Shown here one piece after another: positions 11,305-23,320 of a DNA stretch of 64,000 bases. Positions within the stretch are counted from its first letter, which is position 1. Each line of letters begins with the position of its first letter. Source of the stretch: Mobula hypostoma (taxonomy: Eukaryota); NCBI RefSeq assembly GCF_963921235.1, contig NC_086097.1, positions 128,218,001-128,282,000 of the forward strand, given 5' to 3'. Both the position numbers and the translations under genes were made by a program. Below the pieces are notes generated by a model that worked only from the letters and a program-made list of their open reading frames with translations, did no database searches and was not told the DNA's origin.

Positions 11305-13290
11305 TTAAGAGGGGAGGGAGGCAAAAGCAAGGAATCTATAGGCCAATTAGCCTGACTTCAGTGTGAGGAAAATGTTAGAGTTGATGTGGAAGCATTGAAA
11401 AGGGTACAGAGGAGATTTACCAGGATGCTGCCTGGTTTAGAGAGTATGCATTATGATCAGAGATTAAGGGAGCTAGGGCTTTACTCTCTGGAGAGAAGGA
11501 GGATGAGAGGAGACATGATAGAGGTATACAAGATATTAAGAGGAATAGATAGAGTGGACAGCCAGCGCCTCTTCCCCAGGGCACCACTGCTCAATACAAG
11601 AGGACATGGCTTTAAAGTAAGGGGTGGGAAGTTCAAGGAAGTTCAAGTTAGAGGGAGGTTTTTTACTCAGAGAGCGGTTGGTGCGTGGAATACACTGCCT
11701 GAGTCAGTGGTAGAGGAAGATACACTAGTGAAATTTAAGAGACTACTAGACAGGTATATGGAGGAGTTTTATGTGGGGAGTTATATGGGAGGCAGGGTTT
11801 AAGGGTCGGCACAAGATTGTGGGCTGAAGGGCCTGTACTGTGCTGTACTGTTCTATGTTCTATGTTCTATTGTTAAGGATGTGGTTTCAAGGTACTTGGA
11901 GGCACACTATAAAATGGGCCGAAGTCAGCATGGTTTCCTAAAGGGGAAATCTTCCTTGGCAAATTTTTTGGAATTCTTTGAGGAAAAGACAGGGAGGATA
12001 GACAAATGGGAGTCAGTGGGTGTTGTTTATTTGGATTTTCAGAAGAACTTTGACAAGGTGCATACGAGACTGCTAAACAAGCCCATGGTATTACAGGAAA
12101 GATACTATTATAGACAGAAGATTAGCAGACTGGCTGAAGGCAAAGATTGGGAATAAAGGGGGCCTTTTCTGGTTGGCTTCTGGTGATTGGTAGTGTGCTG
12201 CAGAACGTGGTGTTGGACCTACTGCTTTTCATGCTTTATTTAACAATCTGCATGACAGAATTGATGGTTTTGCGGCCATGTTTGTGGATGATACATAGAT
12301 AGCTGGAGCAGCAGGTACTGTTAAGGAAGTAGGGAGTTTGCAGAAGGACTTGGACAGATTAGAAGAATGGGCAAAGAGGTTGCAGATGGAATACAGAGTA
12401 TGGAAGTGCATGGTCTTGCACTTCGGTAGAAGGAATATTTTCTAAATAGGAAGTGAATTCAGAAATCAGAAGTGCAAAGGGTCTTGAGAGTCCTAGTGCA
12501 GGATTGCCTAAAGGTTAAGTTGCAGGTTCAGTCATCGTAAGGAAGACAAGTACAATGCTAGCATTCATCTTGAGAGAACTAGAATATAAAGACAGGGATG
12601 GAACGCTGAAGCTCATTAAAACTTTGCTCAGAACACATTTGGCATTTTTGGGCCCCATATCTAACGAAGGGTATGCTGATATTGGAGTAGGTCTAAATGA
12701 TGATTAGAAGAATAATCCTGGGAATGAAAGGGTTCAAGTAGAGGAGAATTTGGTGGCTCTGGGTCTATGGTCACTGGAGTTTAGAAGAATAAGGGGGATC
12801 TTGTTGGCACCTACCAAAGACTGAAAAATCTAGATAGAGATAGATAGAGTACGATTTATTGTAAATTACTATAAATTGCACATTGTACATTTAGATGGAG
12901 ACGTAACATAAAGATTTTTACTCCTCATGCATATGAAGATATAAATAATAAACTCAATTCAATTCAATAGATAGGATGTTTTCAGTTGTAGAAAAGAATA
13001 GGAGCAGAGGGCAGAGCTTCAGAATAGAGGGGCATCCCTTTAGAGGAGGAGTTTATTTTGCCAGAGGGTGGTGAATCTGTGGAATTCATTGCCGCAGATG
13101 GCTGTGGAGGCCAAGCCAATGGGTATATTTAAATCAGAGCTTGATAAGTTCTTGATTAGTAAGCACATCAAAGGCTATGGCGGGAAGGCAAAAGAATAAG
13201 GTTTAGAGGTAAAGTAAATCAGCTATGATCGAAAGATGGAGTATTCTCAATGGGCAGAATGGCCTAATTCTGCTACTATGTCTTATGGTT
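11305..13290 (+). mobile_element. Old CR1 relic with a nested younger CR1 3' end (~11385-11869) and a nested LINE tail (~12850-12967)
   Basis: Outer copy gives RPISLTS / SQHGFLKGKS / YLDFQKNFDKV with many frameshifts; inner copy has an open C-terminal frame (11386-11802) and a (TTCTATG)n tail; second insert ends in (AATTC)n. Confidence 0.85.
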
Positions 13291-13854
13291 TTCTGATCTT
13301 ACTTTCACTATATTTCAGTGTATGTGACAATAAAAAGCTAATTGCCTTGGAATAAAGAGTCATGTTAAAAAAATTCCAAATTTATACACATGCACAGTTG
13401 AATTGTCACACTATTTTAACTACAAAACTACATCTTTAATATCCTGCATATATTATATCTGTTGTTTGATTTTAGTGCCATCTGATCCTAATGACTCATT
13501 TTCCTTAGACTGGATCATTAAAAAAAAATTAAAAAGCTAAAGAATTATTTTTACCTGTCCTGTGCCAATGCACTGCTTCTCCAGGTACAGAAGACAACAT
13601 ATGGTGGAACTCTGCTGTGCTTTGACTTCTAAGTCCATGAGTTGTGTTTCCACACTCCTAACTCAGGTACCAAATAAACAGCGATACAAGAAATCGTGAA
13701 ATTGCAACAGTATTTACCTGCTTCAAGTTTCTGACCAGAGTCTTGACAAATGCCCTTAACTCTAAAGTACAACTGTGAGAATATGTACAGGATGCCTGAG
13801 TGTGAGTAGGAGACAAAACAAGTGTAGGTGTGTGAGAGAGAATAAGAACACTTG

Positions 13855-14165
13855 AGCAACAAATCTGCTGGAGGAACTCAGCAGGCTGAGCAGAATTTGT
13901 GGAAGGAAAGGAATGATTAATATTTTGGGTTGAAACCATATGTCAGGACTTGGAGTAGAGGGGGAGATGGCCAGTAAATAAAATAGGGTGTCGTAAAATA
14001 GGGGTCTGAGGTAAGGTGGACTCAGGAGAAGTATGAGATGATAAGCAGGTTGCATTAGGTAGATGAGGTGAGCAGGGATGAAGCTGGGGGATAATGGTAG
14101 GTGAATGATAAATTGAGGCTGACAAATTGATCTAGATTTCAGCATTTGCAGTCTCTTGTGTGTTC
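13855..14165 (-). mobile_element. Decayed Penelope-like terminal fragment
   Basis: GCTGGAGGAACTCAGCAGG end motif, degenerate hammerhead core near 13915-13950, purine-rich pLTR-like sequence. Confidence 0.6.
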
Positions 14166-16914
14166 TTTAGAATATTTGGGTCTGAAGAGGAGGATATGAG
14201 TGAGAGAGGGGTGAGCGGGGGAGAAAAAGATTTTGAGAATATTGGAATAGACAGAGAGAGAATGTGAATGTTTCATCTGCCTGGCCAGAATATAGATTGC
14301 GCTATGAGTGGGGACAATGTTTACCCACTTTCGCTGTTCTCATTCCAAGTGCCTTGATAGAAAAGGACTTGGATTTACTAAATCGACAAAAGGAGAAGAC
14401 ATTGAGCATTATGGTAATAATACCAGGATAAACTAAAAAAGTTTTCCAGGAACAGTTTTCCAGGAAATGTTAAGTAAAACTTGGCAGAAGAACTATTATA
14501 TGCAGATAACTCCTGGCAAACACAACGGCTCCTAAAGCTCAGTTAATGCATCACAGAATCGACCATCCTGCCAAAAGAAATAAGTTTGTTAATGAGATGA
14601 TACAAATAAATTATGTTCTTAGCTACTAGACTAAGATAATCAGCATTGCTGCCTTCCTGGAAAGATCTGGCAGTTTTAAGGGTGACGGAATGAAAAGTTG
14701 GTGTGTAATATTCTTCCATGGAGAGACCACACAAGGGCATTCAGATTGCTCATTGCTGGAATCTCTACAATGTGCCCTGAAGCAAGCTAAGATTTTCCAA
14801 AAACCTTTGTGACAATCAGCAAGCTCATGAGGTAAAGTTAAAATTTGGACTACAGCAATGAACTTGGCCATTCCTGTAGAATACTTTGGCATGGATATTG
14901 TAGGGTTTTGCTGGTAATTTTACAGGCATCTTCTGGAATTTCTCAGTGAAAGCACCAGGAGGGTTTAGGAATATCTGAATGAACTTGGAGCTTAGTTCTC
15001 CCTTCCAAGTTCTCTCTGCCTGGCTGGTGGATTTCACATGAAGACCAACAGAGCCACAGGAGCCCGCTGAGATTCCACAGCACGAGTGCTAGGCATTGTG
15101 CTCTCAGCTCCTCTAGCATATCTAACCTGGAGTAAGATCGTTGCACCCACCCATTTGAATAAGGATTGAATGTCTAATGGGCAAAAATGAAAGAAAAATG
15201 TAAGTTTAAAACTATATTTGTTTGGTCTATTTTTATAATTTAGGAGTATTTATAATGTATTCATAATTAATAACAAGAGAAAAAAAACCTAATTATTTGA
15301 TTCATTTTCAAGTGTTTGTAAATACTGTATATCTGAATATTAGAGATCTTCGTTAAGGGCCACCAATTAAGTGGCTGATATGCCCTCAATGCTGTCAAAC
15401 TTCATGAGTGGAGCTACACTTATTTCAATACTTCATCACACTTGTGCCTTGATGCAAAGGGAATGGAATGTCAAAAGAAGAGTCACTTGTGACAGGATAC
15501 CTTCCCTCAAATCCTTTAATGCAGCCACAGTACATATGCGAGGTGGGCAATGATAATGGCTTTAAATGTCACTGGTTGACAAATTGACTTCAACTTTTTT
15601 GAGAAGACCATTGCCTGTTACTTTTCAGCTGCTTGGCTAAGTATTATCAATTAGCGAACTTTCATAATAATTAAATGTGAGAGCTCCAGCAACAGAAAGA
15701 TGTAAGAATGTGTTGCATTATGGATGTGAAATTGCTTAAAGAATTGCAATGACTTTTATGCGCATTTTGGATTATAGAATTATTGGATCTGTCTGCAGAT
15801 TTTAGGCTTCCAATAAAACTAAGAAATGATGGAAACACGCAGCAATTCAAGCAATATCTGTGGTAAGATGACTTTCTTGTTGCTGACTGAAGAAACAAAG
15901 CTAGATTATCACCATATAAAAACAGAGAATACTGGAAGAATTCAGCAGATCAGGCAAACTGTTGGGCATTTCTAGTTTTATTTCAGATTTCAAGAATCTG
16001 CAACATGTTCGTTTTAACTTTCCTCCTCATTTACTACCCATGGTTTGGGGTGAGGAGGCTGCCAATTTTGAATTAAAAGCGAGTCTGCAGTTGAGGGTAA
16101 AAATATTGGACGGGTTTATATAACCCTTTTGATTTCTGTTTTTTTTTGTGGGAACGTTTTTATTTAAGACTTTGAAAGATTTAAGACATTTAATTGTTTT
16201 ATATCTACACTCAAATATCAGGGAAGTTTTACACACTACAGCTTCAATGCTAGCCTGTAAGGAAGCAAAAAATAGACTGAAGTAAAAAACATAGTTGAAT
16301 TAGAAAGTAGTTATGAAGGGAATCATGGGGTCATTCCGCTTAAGTTGTGCAGAATCTTTCATTGGCAATGGTACTTCCTAAATTTTTATTAATAGTCATT
16401 TTATAATATTGTTATCAGAGATGTTAATAACTTTATTATATTTATGTATTCAACTAAATCTAATGATGTAATTTATACTTATAATACATAATTTGCTGTA
16501 ACGTGCTTGCCTTGGGTTCTTGTAAAGAGCTTTACAGAGATATCCTCTTTCTATATCTGAATTCTAGCTGATCAGTCCTCAACATTTCCAGTCCCACTCT
16601 CTTCATGATTTGATTGCTTTCCATCACCCCAAACATTGTCTCTCGCAATCACTGATACATCAAGGCTACAGGTTGTGTCATCTACAAAATGCATGTCAGC
16701 AGCTCATCAAGGTTTCCTCAGCAGAATCTCTTTAACTCACAGCCTCCACCCCCATGAAGGGCATCAGGGGCATAGGAGTACCACCACTGCAAGTCACACA
16801 CCATCCGTTGTGAAGGAGTGCGTCACCATTCCACTGTCATGAGTCAAAATCACTTCCCAATGGCATGGTATGAGCACCTTCATCCCATTGGACTGTAGGT
16901 GTTCAAGACTGGAA

Positions 16915-17322
16915 AAAGAAGAAGCCCCAAAGCACTGGATCACAAGGGGCTGTAAAGAATTGTAGACTCAGCGAGCTACATCATGGGCATAATTTTCTCC
17001 ACCATCAAGGACGTCTTCAAGAGGTGGTGCCTTCAGAAGGTGATAACCATAACTACGCACCCTCACCATACGGGACATGACCTCCTTTCATTGCTGCCAT
17101 GGGGGAGGAGGTACAGGAGCCTGAAGACCAACATGCAATGATTCAGAAACATTTTCTTCCCCTCTGCCAAATTTCTGAATGGCCCACGGACCCATGAACA
17201 TGACCATTTACTTCTGTCATTTATATTAATTATATTAATCTTTGCACTGTACTGCCGCTGCAAAACCATAGCTTTCATGTCATATAAGTCAGTGGTAATA
17301 CATCGGATTCTGATTCTGATTC
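16915..17322 (+). mobile_element. Rex1/Babar 3' relic
   Basis: LLSLLPWGRRYRSLKTNMQ*FRNIFFPSA peptide; (GATTCT)n tail. Confidence 0.7.
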
Positions 17323-18437
17323 AGAGCCTAGGGTAATCAGGAATGGGCAGTAAACATTGCCTTTGCCAGCAACGTCCAAATCCAGTATTCGAATCTAGTA
17401 AAAGTGTGTGCGCTGCACTTCCAGTGCACTGTATCTGAAACATAGTGCATGGTGACCTTGGGGTATCCCTGGTGTAAACACACACCTTAATCATAGGAGA
17501 GTTATTGAGTTCACTCCTACTAAAGCTGCGTCAAGGTTGAGGGGATGCCCATTCCTAATTAAATATGCCAAATGTTGAAAATTTCTAGGAACTGCACACT
17601 CCTGTAGAATGAAGAACAATTCCTTGGTTCGCCTCGTGCAGAATAGAGCTCTACACATTTGCAACTGAATATAATTGGTTGCTACTGGTAACCAAGTGCC
17701 TGCATATAAATTTACTGTGAGTCATTTAACTATAAGGCTTCATTATCTCTCGTTATAATACAATGCCCACTGCATTACAGCTTCTTTAATTAATGGTTGC
17801 TCTTTCTAAAATTACCATTCACATTTCTTTATATCTTACAATTAATTTAAAGGGGCAATTATGATATTAACATAATTATGTATTATACATTATGCAGCAT
17901 GTGCAGCAAAATGGCATCAGCAAGCTGTCTTCTACATACATATATTAAACAGATAATATTCCAAACTACTAAATGTGCCAGACTATTGCTGATATGGCCA
18001 GGATTGGCCAAAGGTCCTGTTCAAGTTGCTGTAATCTTTCAAGTGATATCAAGTCATAACTGGTTACCCTGGATACACGACTCCAGTCCCACACTCAGTG
18101 TTCTCAATTATCGAGACAACTCAATCATTCATAGCATTACTTTTTTTTTCAAAACTACATTTTATGCATAATATATACAGTAAAGACAATTTGAGCATGT
18201 CTTGCACTGTGATCATTATACCATCATTTCAATTTTTCTTTTACAATACGTCAATGTCAATCCTCCATAAATGAATGCTTCTGTGAAATATCTAAATGGC
18301 TGAAACACCTAGGCCCCTCAATATCCATTTTGGCCACACCCTGACCTATGGCCCCATCTTCCTATTATGAAGTGACAAAGAATGATCTTAAAAAAAAACC
18401 ATTCTTCCTTAAATTCATCACTTTGATGAGATTATTT

Positions 18438-19200
18438 AGAACATAGAACAGCACAAGAACACGTCCTTCAGCCCTGAATGGTGTGCCGAACTATTTAGAC
18501 TAATGGCTCCTGATCCCTCCCGCTACACATAAATCACTTCCCTCTATCTTTTACATATTCATGCTCCTCCATTGTATCTAAGAGCTAGTTAAATGCCTCT
18601 ATCATACCTTCTTTCACCTTCACCCCTGGCTAGCACTGCATTCCAGGCACTCACCTCTCTCCTTGCCCTGCACATCTCCTTTGAATATCCTCCCCCTCAC
18701 CTTAAATGCATGCTCTCTAGTATCAGACGTTTCGACTTTGGGAAAAAAAAGACATACTGCAATCTACCCTATCCAAGTTTCTTATAATCTTACAAACTTC
18801 TATTAGGTCTGTCCTCAATCTACGCCACTCCAGAGAAAACAACCCTAGTTCGTCAATTTCTCCTTATCGCACACACCCTCTAATCCAGGCAGCATCCTAG
18901 TAGACCTCTTCTGAACCCTCTTCACATCCTCCACATGTCCAGGCATTCGGAGGACACGCCACAAGTGAGCAGCACACTGATGATGTTGCTTTATGTGTTG
19001 ACGAAACATTTGCAAGTGGATTGCCAAGATTGGAGAATAACTCAACTCAGCCATCAACCACCCGAGCTACACATTTTCTGAGTTATTTCCAACATCTTTC
19101 CTATAAGGGGCAACCATAACTGAATGCAAAATCCCAGATGAGGGCTAACCATAGTTTTATAAAACTGCAACATAACTTTCTAACTCTTGAGCTCTGTGCC
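18438..19200 (-). mobile_element. CR1 3' relic containing a Penelope pLTR fragment (~18935-19093)
   Basis: DVKRVQKRSTRMLPGLEG peptide; insert carries CTGATGA (18977-18983)...GAAA (19003-19006). Confidence 0.7.
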
Positions 19201-20039
19201 TTGCATAATTTTGAACTAAGCATTAACATTTCAGAACTATAGTTCAATGAGTCTTTGTTGTCAGCATCAAGGCAATGAGCACCTGAACTCTCAGACACAG
19301 GAACACCACTAAGGAGTTGGTGTGAAGGGTGGAAAGAGCTTTGACCATCCCAAACTGCCCAGAGATCCACCTCATCAAACACCACCTGGTTCATGGGACC
19401 CATTGATTACAGAACGCAGAGAACTGAAGTAGAAACAATTCCTTCTCGGGCCCAAGCCAATATAAAAATAAAGATAAATGCTTAAAGCATCACTTGTTGA
19501 AGTTGTAATACAGAATTTGAACAGTTGAGGGTACTTTAACTTACTAACTTGTTGAAAAGTGATGTGTTGCTAGTTGAGTTCAAACCTTGTTGGATGCAAA
19601 TGAAGCAGTTGTATTGTTTCCCAGACTGCCCTCTGCTACCTGGACTATTCATTACACTCTGATACAGAGCAGCATTTGAATTTCATGGAATATTTTTGCC
19701 TCGTCAAATCAGGTCCAAAAATCAGAACTCCGCAACAAAACTCTCCTCCACAGTGGAGAGTGCAGCAATTGGAATCAACTCTCAGCTCAGGTTACACATT
19801 GAGAAGAATTAGTGTTGGCTGACATGACACAGATTTGGATAAAGCCCAGATGTGTTGCCAAGACATGAGTACTACGTGGCTGATTCAGAGCGAAAAGAAG
19901 CTCTGTTTTTCGTCAAATCTACATGGACTTACTATAGCAGCTTTCTGCATGTTGAGGTCTCCTTATTGTAACTTTAAATTCCTTGTTTTATTATAACAAC
20001 ATGATATTATAGCAACTTTAAATTCCTTTGTGTTATCAT

Positions 20040-20715
20040 TTCAGAGGACGGGTCCTGGTCAAGTACTTAAGTATCATTATGGAGAAAGCACTGTAGTTCC
20101 TTCACTTTCTTAGAAGTTTGTGAAGTTTTGGCATGTCATCTTAAACTTTGACAAACTTCTATAGATATATGGTGGAGAGTATACTGAATGGTTGCATCAT
20201 GGCCTAGTGTGGAAACACCAATGCCCTTGATCAGAAAAGTAGTGGATACAGCCCAAACATTGTGGGTAAAGCCCTCCCCACCACTGAGCACATCTACATG
20301 GAGCACTGTCACAAGAAAGCAGCATTAATCATCAAGGGCCTCCACCATCAGGGTCATGCTCATCGCTGACCTTGAACCAGAGAGGAAAACTTCACTCAAC
20401 TTCACTTGCCTTGTTACTGAACTGTTCCCACAACCTATGGACCCACTTTCAATGATACTTTATCTCAAGTTCTCAACATTTATTGCTTATTTATTTATTT
20501 ACTTATTCATTTATCTATTTGTTTATCTATTTATTCATTTATTATTTTTTTTCTTTGTGTCTTTTGCACTTTGGTTGTTGTGCATCCTGCTTGGTGCAGT
20601 TTTTCATTGATTTATTATGTTTCTGCATTTACTGTGAATACCCTCAAGGATATGAATCTCAGGGTTATATATGGTGACGTATATGTAGTTTGATTATAAA
20701 CTTACTTTGGACTTT
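20040..20715 (+). mobile_element. Rex1/Babar 3' relic
   Basis: TNFYRYMVESILNGCIMA peptide and a 3' UTR shared with the 34450-35490 copy. Confidence 0.75.
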
Positions 20716-21061
20716 GTATGCTGGATGAGTAAAATGGATGGTTTAAGAGTTCAACGCTTTCACTAAAATCCATTCACTGCACCTGTCCATGAAAAAATGG
20801 AGTTGCTGGAAAAGAAGGTCTGCTTTGCTGGTCTTTAGAGAGAGGATTGGGTCATATTGCTGAAATAGATATCCCGGTGAGTGTTCTGCCATCAGTGTTG
20901 GATATCTTGGTGTAATTATAGTGCAGATCCACAATTGATAATTGGTTTATTATTGTCTGTGTCAAGATAACAGTAAAAAGTTTTGTTTTACAAGCCTCCA
21001 GACAGATCTCTTCATTACATATGTACATTAAGGTTGTAAGAAAGGAAAGAAAAATAAATAG

Positions 21062-21437
21062 CGTTGTCGTCATGGCTATCCCTCGAGGTCGAGGATGAAG
21101 GTCTTCGTTCTGTTGATCTACTTATGGGCTCTCAAGTGGCTTCTACGTCCAATCTTGGCTTTGAAAGTTCTTCCGCATTCAGGACAGGTAGTTCCAGATG
21201 GCAGATCTGGCTTTGTTTGTTGCTGCCTCTCTTTTCATTTTCTTCTCTTTTCTTCTAATTCTGTACATCTGTTGGCTTCGAAAGTTGCTGTTCCTTCTCG
21301 GATGATGGCTTACCAGAGGTTCCTGTCCTTGGCATTGGTTTCCCAATTGTTGATGTCGATGTTACATTTCTTCATGTTGACTTTTAAGACGTCTTTGAAT
21401 CTCTTCTGTTGTCCACCTCTTTTACGTTGCCTTCTGT
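21062..21437 (-). mobile_element. RTE-clade LINE 3' end with C-terminal C2H2 zinc finger
   Basis: RKRGGQQKRFKDVLKVNMKKCNIDINNWE..AKDRNLW...CPECGRTFKAKIGRRSHLRAHK*; short 3' UTR with a CCTCGA/TCGAGG hairpin and a trinucleotide-like tail; two internal stops. Confidence 0.85.
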
Positions 21438-21732
21438 AAGCTAATAGTGTAAGCATTACATAGAAAGTGCAGTGCAGGTAGACAAATGAAGCACATGATC
21501 CACGGCAAGGTAGATTGAGAGACTAAGCTGTCATCTTTATTATATAAATAGTCCGTTCAAGATTCTTATATTAGTAATTAATCTGAGTGCATTCCCAGGG
21601 CGGGAATGTCAAATACTAGAAGGCATTGCTTTAAGGTAGCTGGGCAAAAGTTTAAAGGTGATTTCTGGGGCAAATTTCCATAGCCAGGGGAGATAGTGGA
21701 AGCAGATACAATCCCATTGTTTAAGAGGCATC

Positions 21733-22050
21733 GGGCAGATTGTGTAGTGGTTAGCATAATGCTTTATAGTGCCAGCCGTAAGATCAGGGTTCAATTCCTG
21801 TTACTGCTTATAAGGAGTTGTACGTTTTCCCTGCGACTGTGTGGGCTTCCTCCTGGTGCTCTGGTTTACTCCCACATTCCAAAGACACATGGGTTATGGA
21901 TAGTAAGTTGTGGGCATGCTAAGTTGGTGTCAGAAGCATAGTGACCCATGCAGGACGCCCCAGCACGTCTTGTTGCTGATGCATCAATGCATTTCACAGC
22001 GTGTTTCGATGTTTTGATGCATGTGTGACAAATAAAGCTAACCTGTAATC
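21733..22050 (+). mobile_element. tRNA-derived SINE (HE1/V-SINE-like)
   Basis: A-box-like GTAGTGGTTAGC, B-box GGTTCAATTCC, central GTGGGCTTCCTCCTGGTGCTCTGGTTTACTCCCACA domain. Confidence 0.75.
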
Positions 22051-22384
22051 GTTATCTTTATGCATGATATATGCAGGCTGGAAATATGGACCATATGTGA
22101 ATCAGTATGACTTCACAATGTTGTCATTGCAATCCCATTGGGTCAAAGGTCTTCTGTGCTGTCCTGTTTTATTATCTATAAATCTGAACTAACCATCAAC
22201 CAGCCACCTGCACTCATCCCATTCTACTTTTCCCCACATTTTCATTCATTTCCTTGAGATCTACCAACCCACGTATCTTTGGGATGGGGTTGAAGGCAAG
22301 TGATTCAAGCAGATTGGTCATATTGCACACAGACACAGCCAAAGATGAGACAGGATAAAATCTGTGTCACTGAAGATGGTGATA

Positions 22385-22797
22385 GAATATAGAACACAGA
22401 ACATAGAACAGCCCACTATGTCATGCCAACCTTTAAACCTACTCCATGATCAATCTAAACCCCCTCTCCTACATAGCACTCCATTTGTTCATCATCCATG
22501 TGCCTATCTAAGAGCTTCCTAATGTATCCGTATCTGCAACCACCCTTGGCAGAGTGTTCCATGCATCTGCCACTCTCTTGAAAAGGACTTACCTCTGACA
22601 CCCCCCTTATACTTTCCTCCAATCACCTTAAAATTGTGTGCCCTGGTATTCGTTATTTCTACCTTGGGAAAAAGTCTCTGGCTATCCACTCTGCCCCTGC
22701 CTTTTATCATCTTGTACACCTCTGTCAGGTCTCCTCTCATCCTCCTTTTCTCCAAAGCGAAAAGCCCTAGCTCGCTCAGCCTACCTTCATAAGTCAT
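22385..22797 (-). mobile_element. CR1 3' fragment
   Basis: YEGRLSELGLFALEKRRMRGDLTEVYKMIKG peptide; (ATAGAAC)n tail as read on the + strand. Confidence 0.85.
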
Positions 22798-22853
22798 GTG
22801 GTTCACCTACAGGAGGGCTTTGATCTGTGTGTTCTCACAGCCTGGTATCATCC

Positions 22854-22973
22854 CTTACTCACTCTTCCTTCAGTTAGTCCTGACGAAGGGTCTCGGCCTG
22901 AAACGTCGACTGCGCCTCTTCCTAGAGATGCTGCCTGGCCTGCTGCGTTCACCAGCGACTTTGATGTGTGTTG
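22854..22973 (+). mobile_element. 120-bp Penelope-derived insertion containing a hammerhead ribozyme motif
   Basis: Perfect 12-bp TSD CTGGTATCATCC (22842-22853, 22974-22985); nearly identical to 5910-6007. Confidence 0.85.
22876..22911 (+). ncRNA. Minimal type I hammerhead ribozyme motif (Penelope-type)
   Basis: AGTCCTGACGAAGGGTCTCGGCCTGAAACGTCGACT, identical to 5910-5945. Confidence 0.75.
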
Positions 22974-23048
22974 CTGGTATCATCCGCTGTCTTGTGCCTG
23001 TGCTCTTCCTGATGAATTCGGCAAAAGGCTTGAACTATATTATATAGT

Positions 23049-23320
23049 GGGCGATATATTAGCGTAGCGGTTAGCACAACATTTTACAGTAACAGCGAAC
23101 TGGGTTCATTTCATGCCACTGCCTCTACATTCTCCCTGTGACTTTGTGAGTTTCCTCCAGGTGCTCTGGTTCCCCACAGTCCAAAGACATACTGGTTGGT
23201 AGGTTAATTGGTCATTATGTATTGTCTCATGATTAAGCTAGGATTAAATCGGTGTATTGCTGGACAGTGTGGCTTGAAGGGCTGGAAGAGCCTATTCCCT
23301 GCTGTATCTCGAAAAAGAAC
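23049..23320 (+). mobile_element. tRNA-derived SINE (HE1/V-SINE-like)
   Basis: TAGCGTAGCGGTTAGC A-box, degenerate B-box GGTTCATTTC, central TTTCCTCCAGGTGCTCTGGTT..CCACAGTCCAAAGAC domain. Confidence 0.75.

Noticed and set aside
19970..20028. 15-bp direct repeat AACTTTAAATTCCTT
   Set aside because: AT-rich local duplication at a Rex1 junction; no further structure
21733..21800. tRNA-like A/B boxes here and at ~23060 and ~47430
   Set aside because: SINE heads; no cloverleaf or tRNA 3' end
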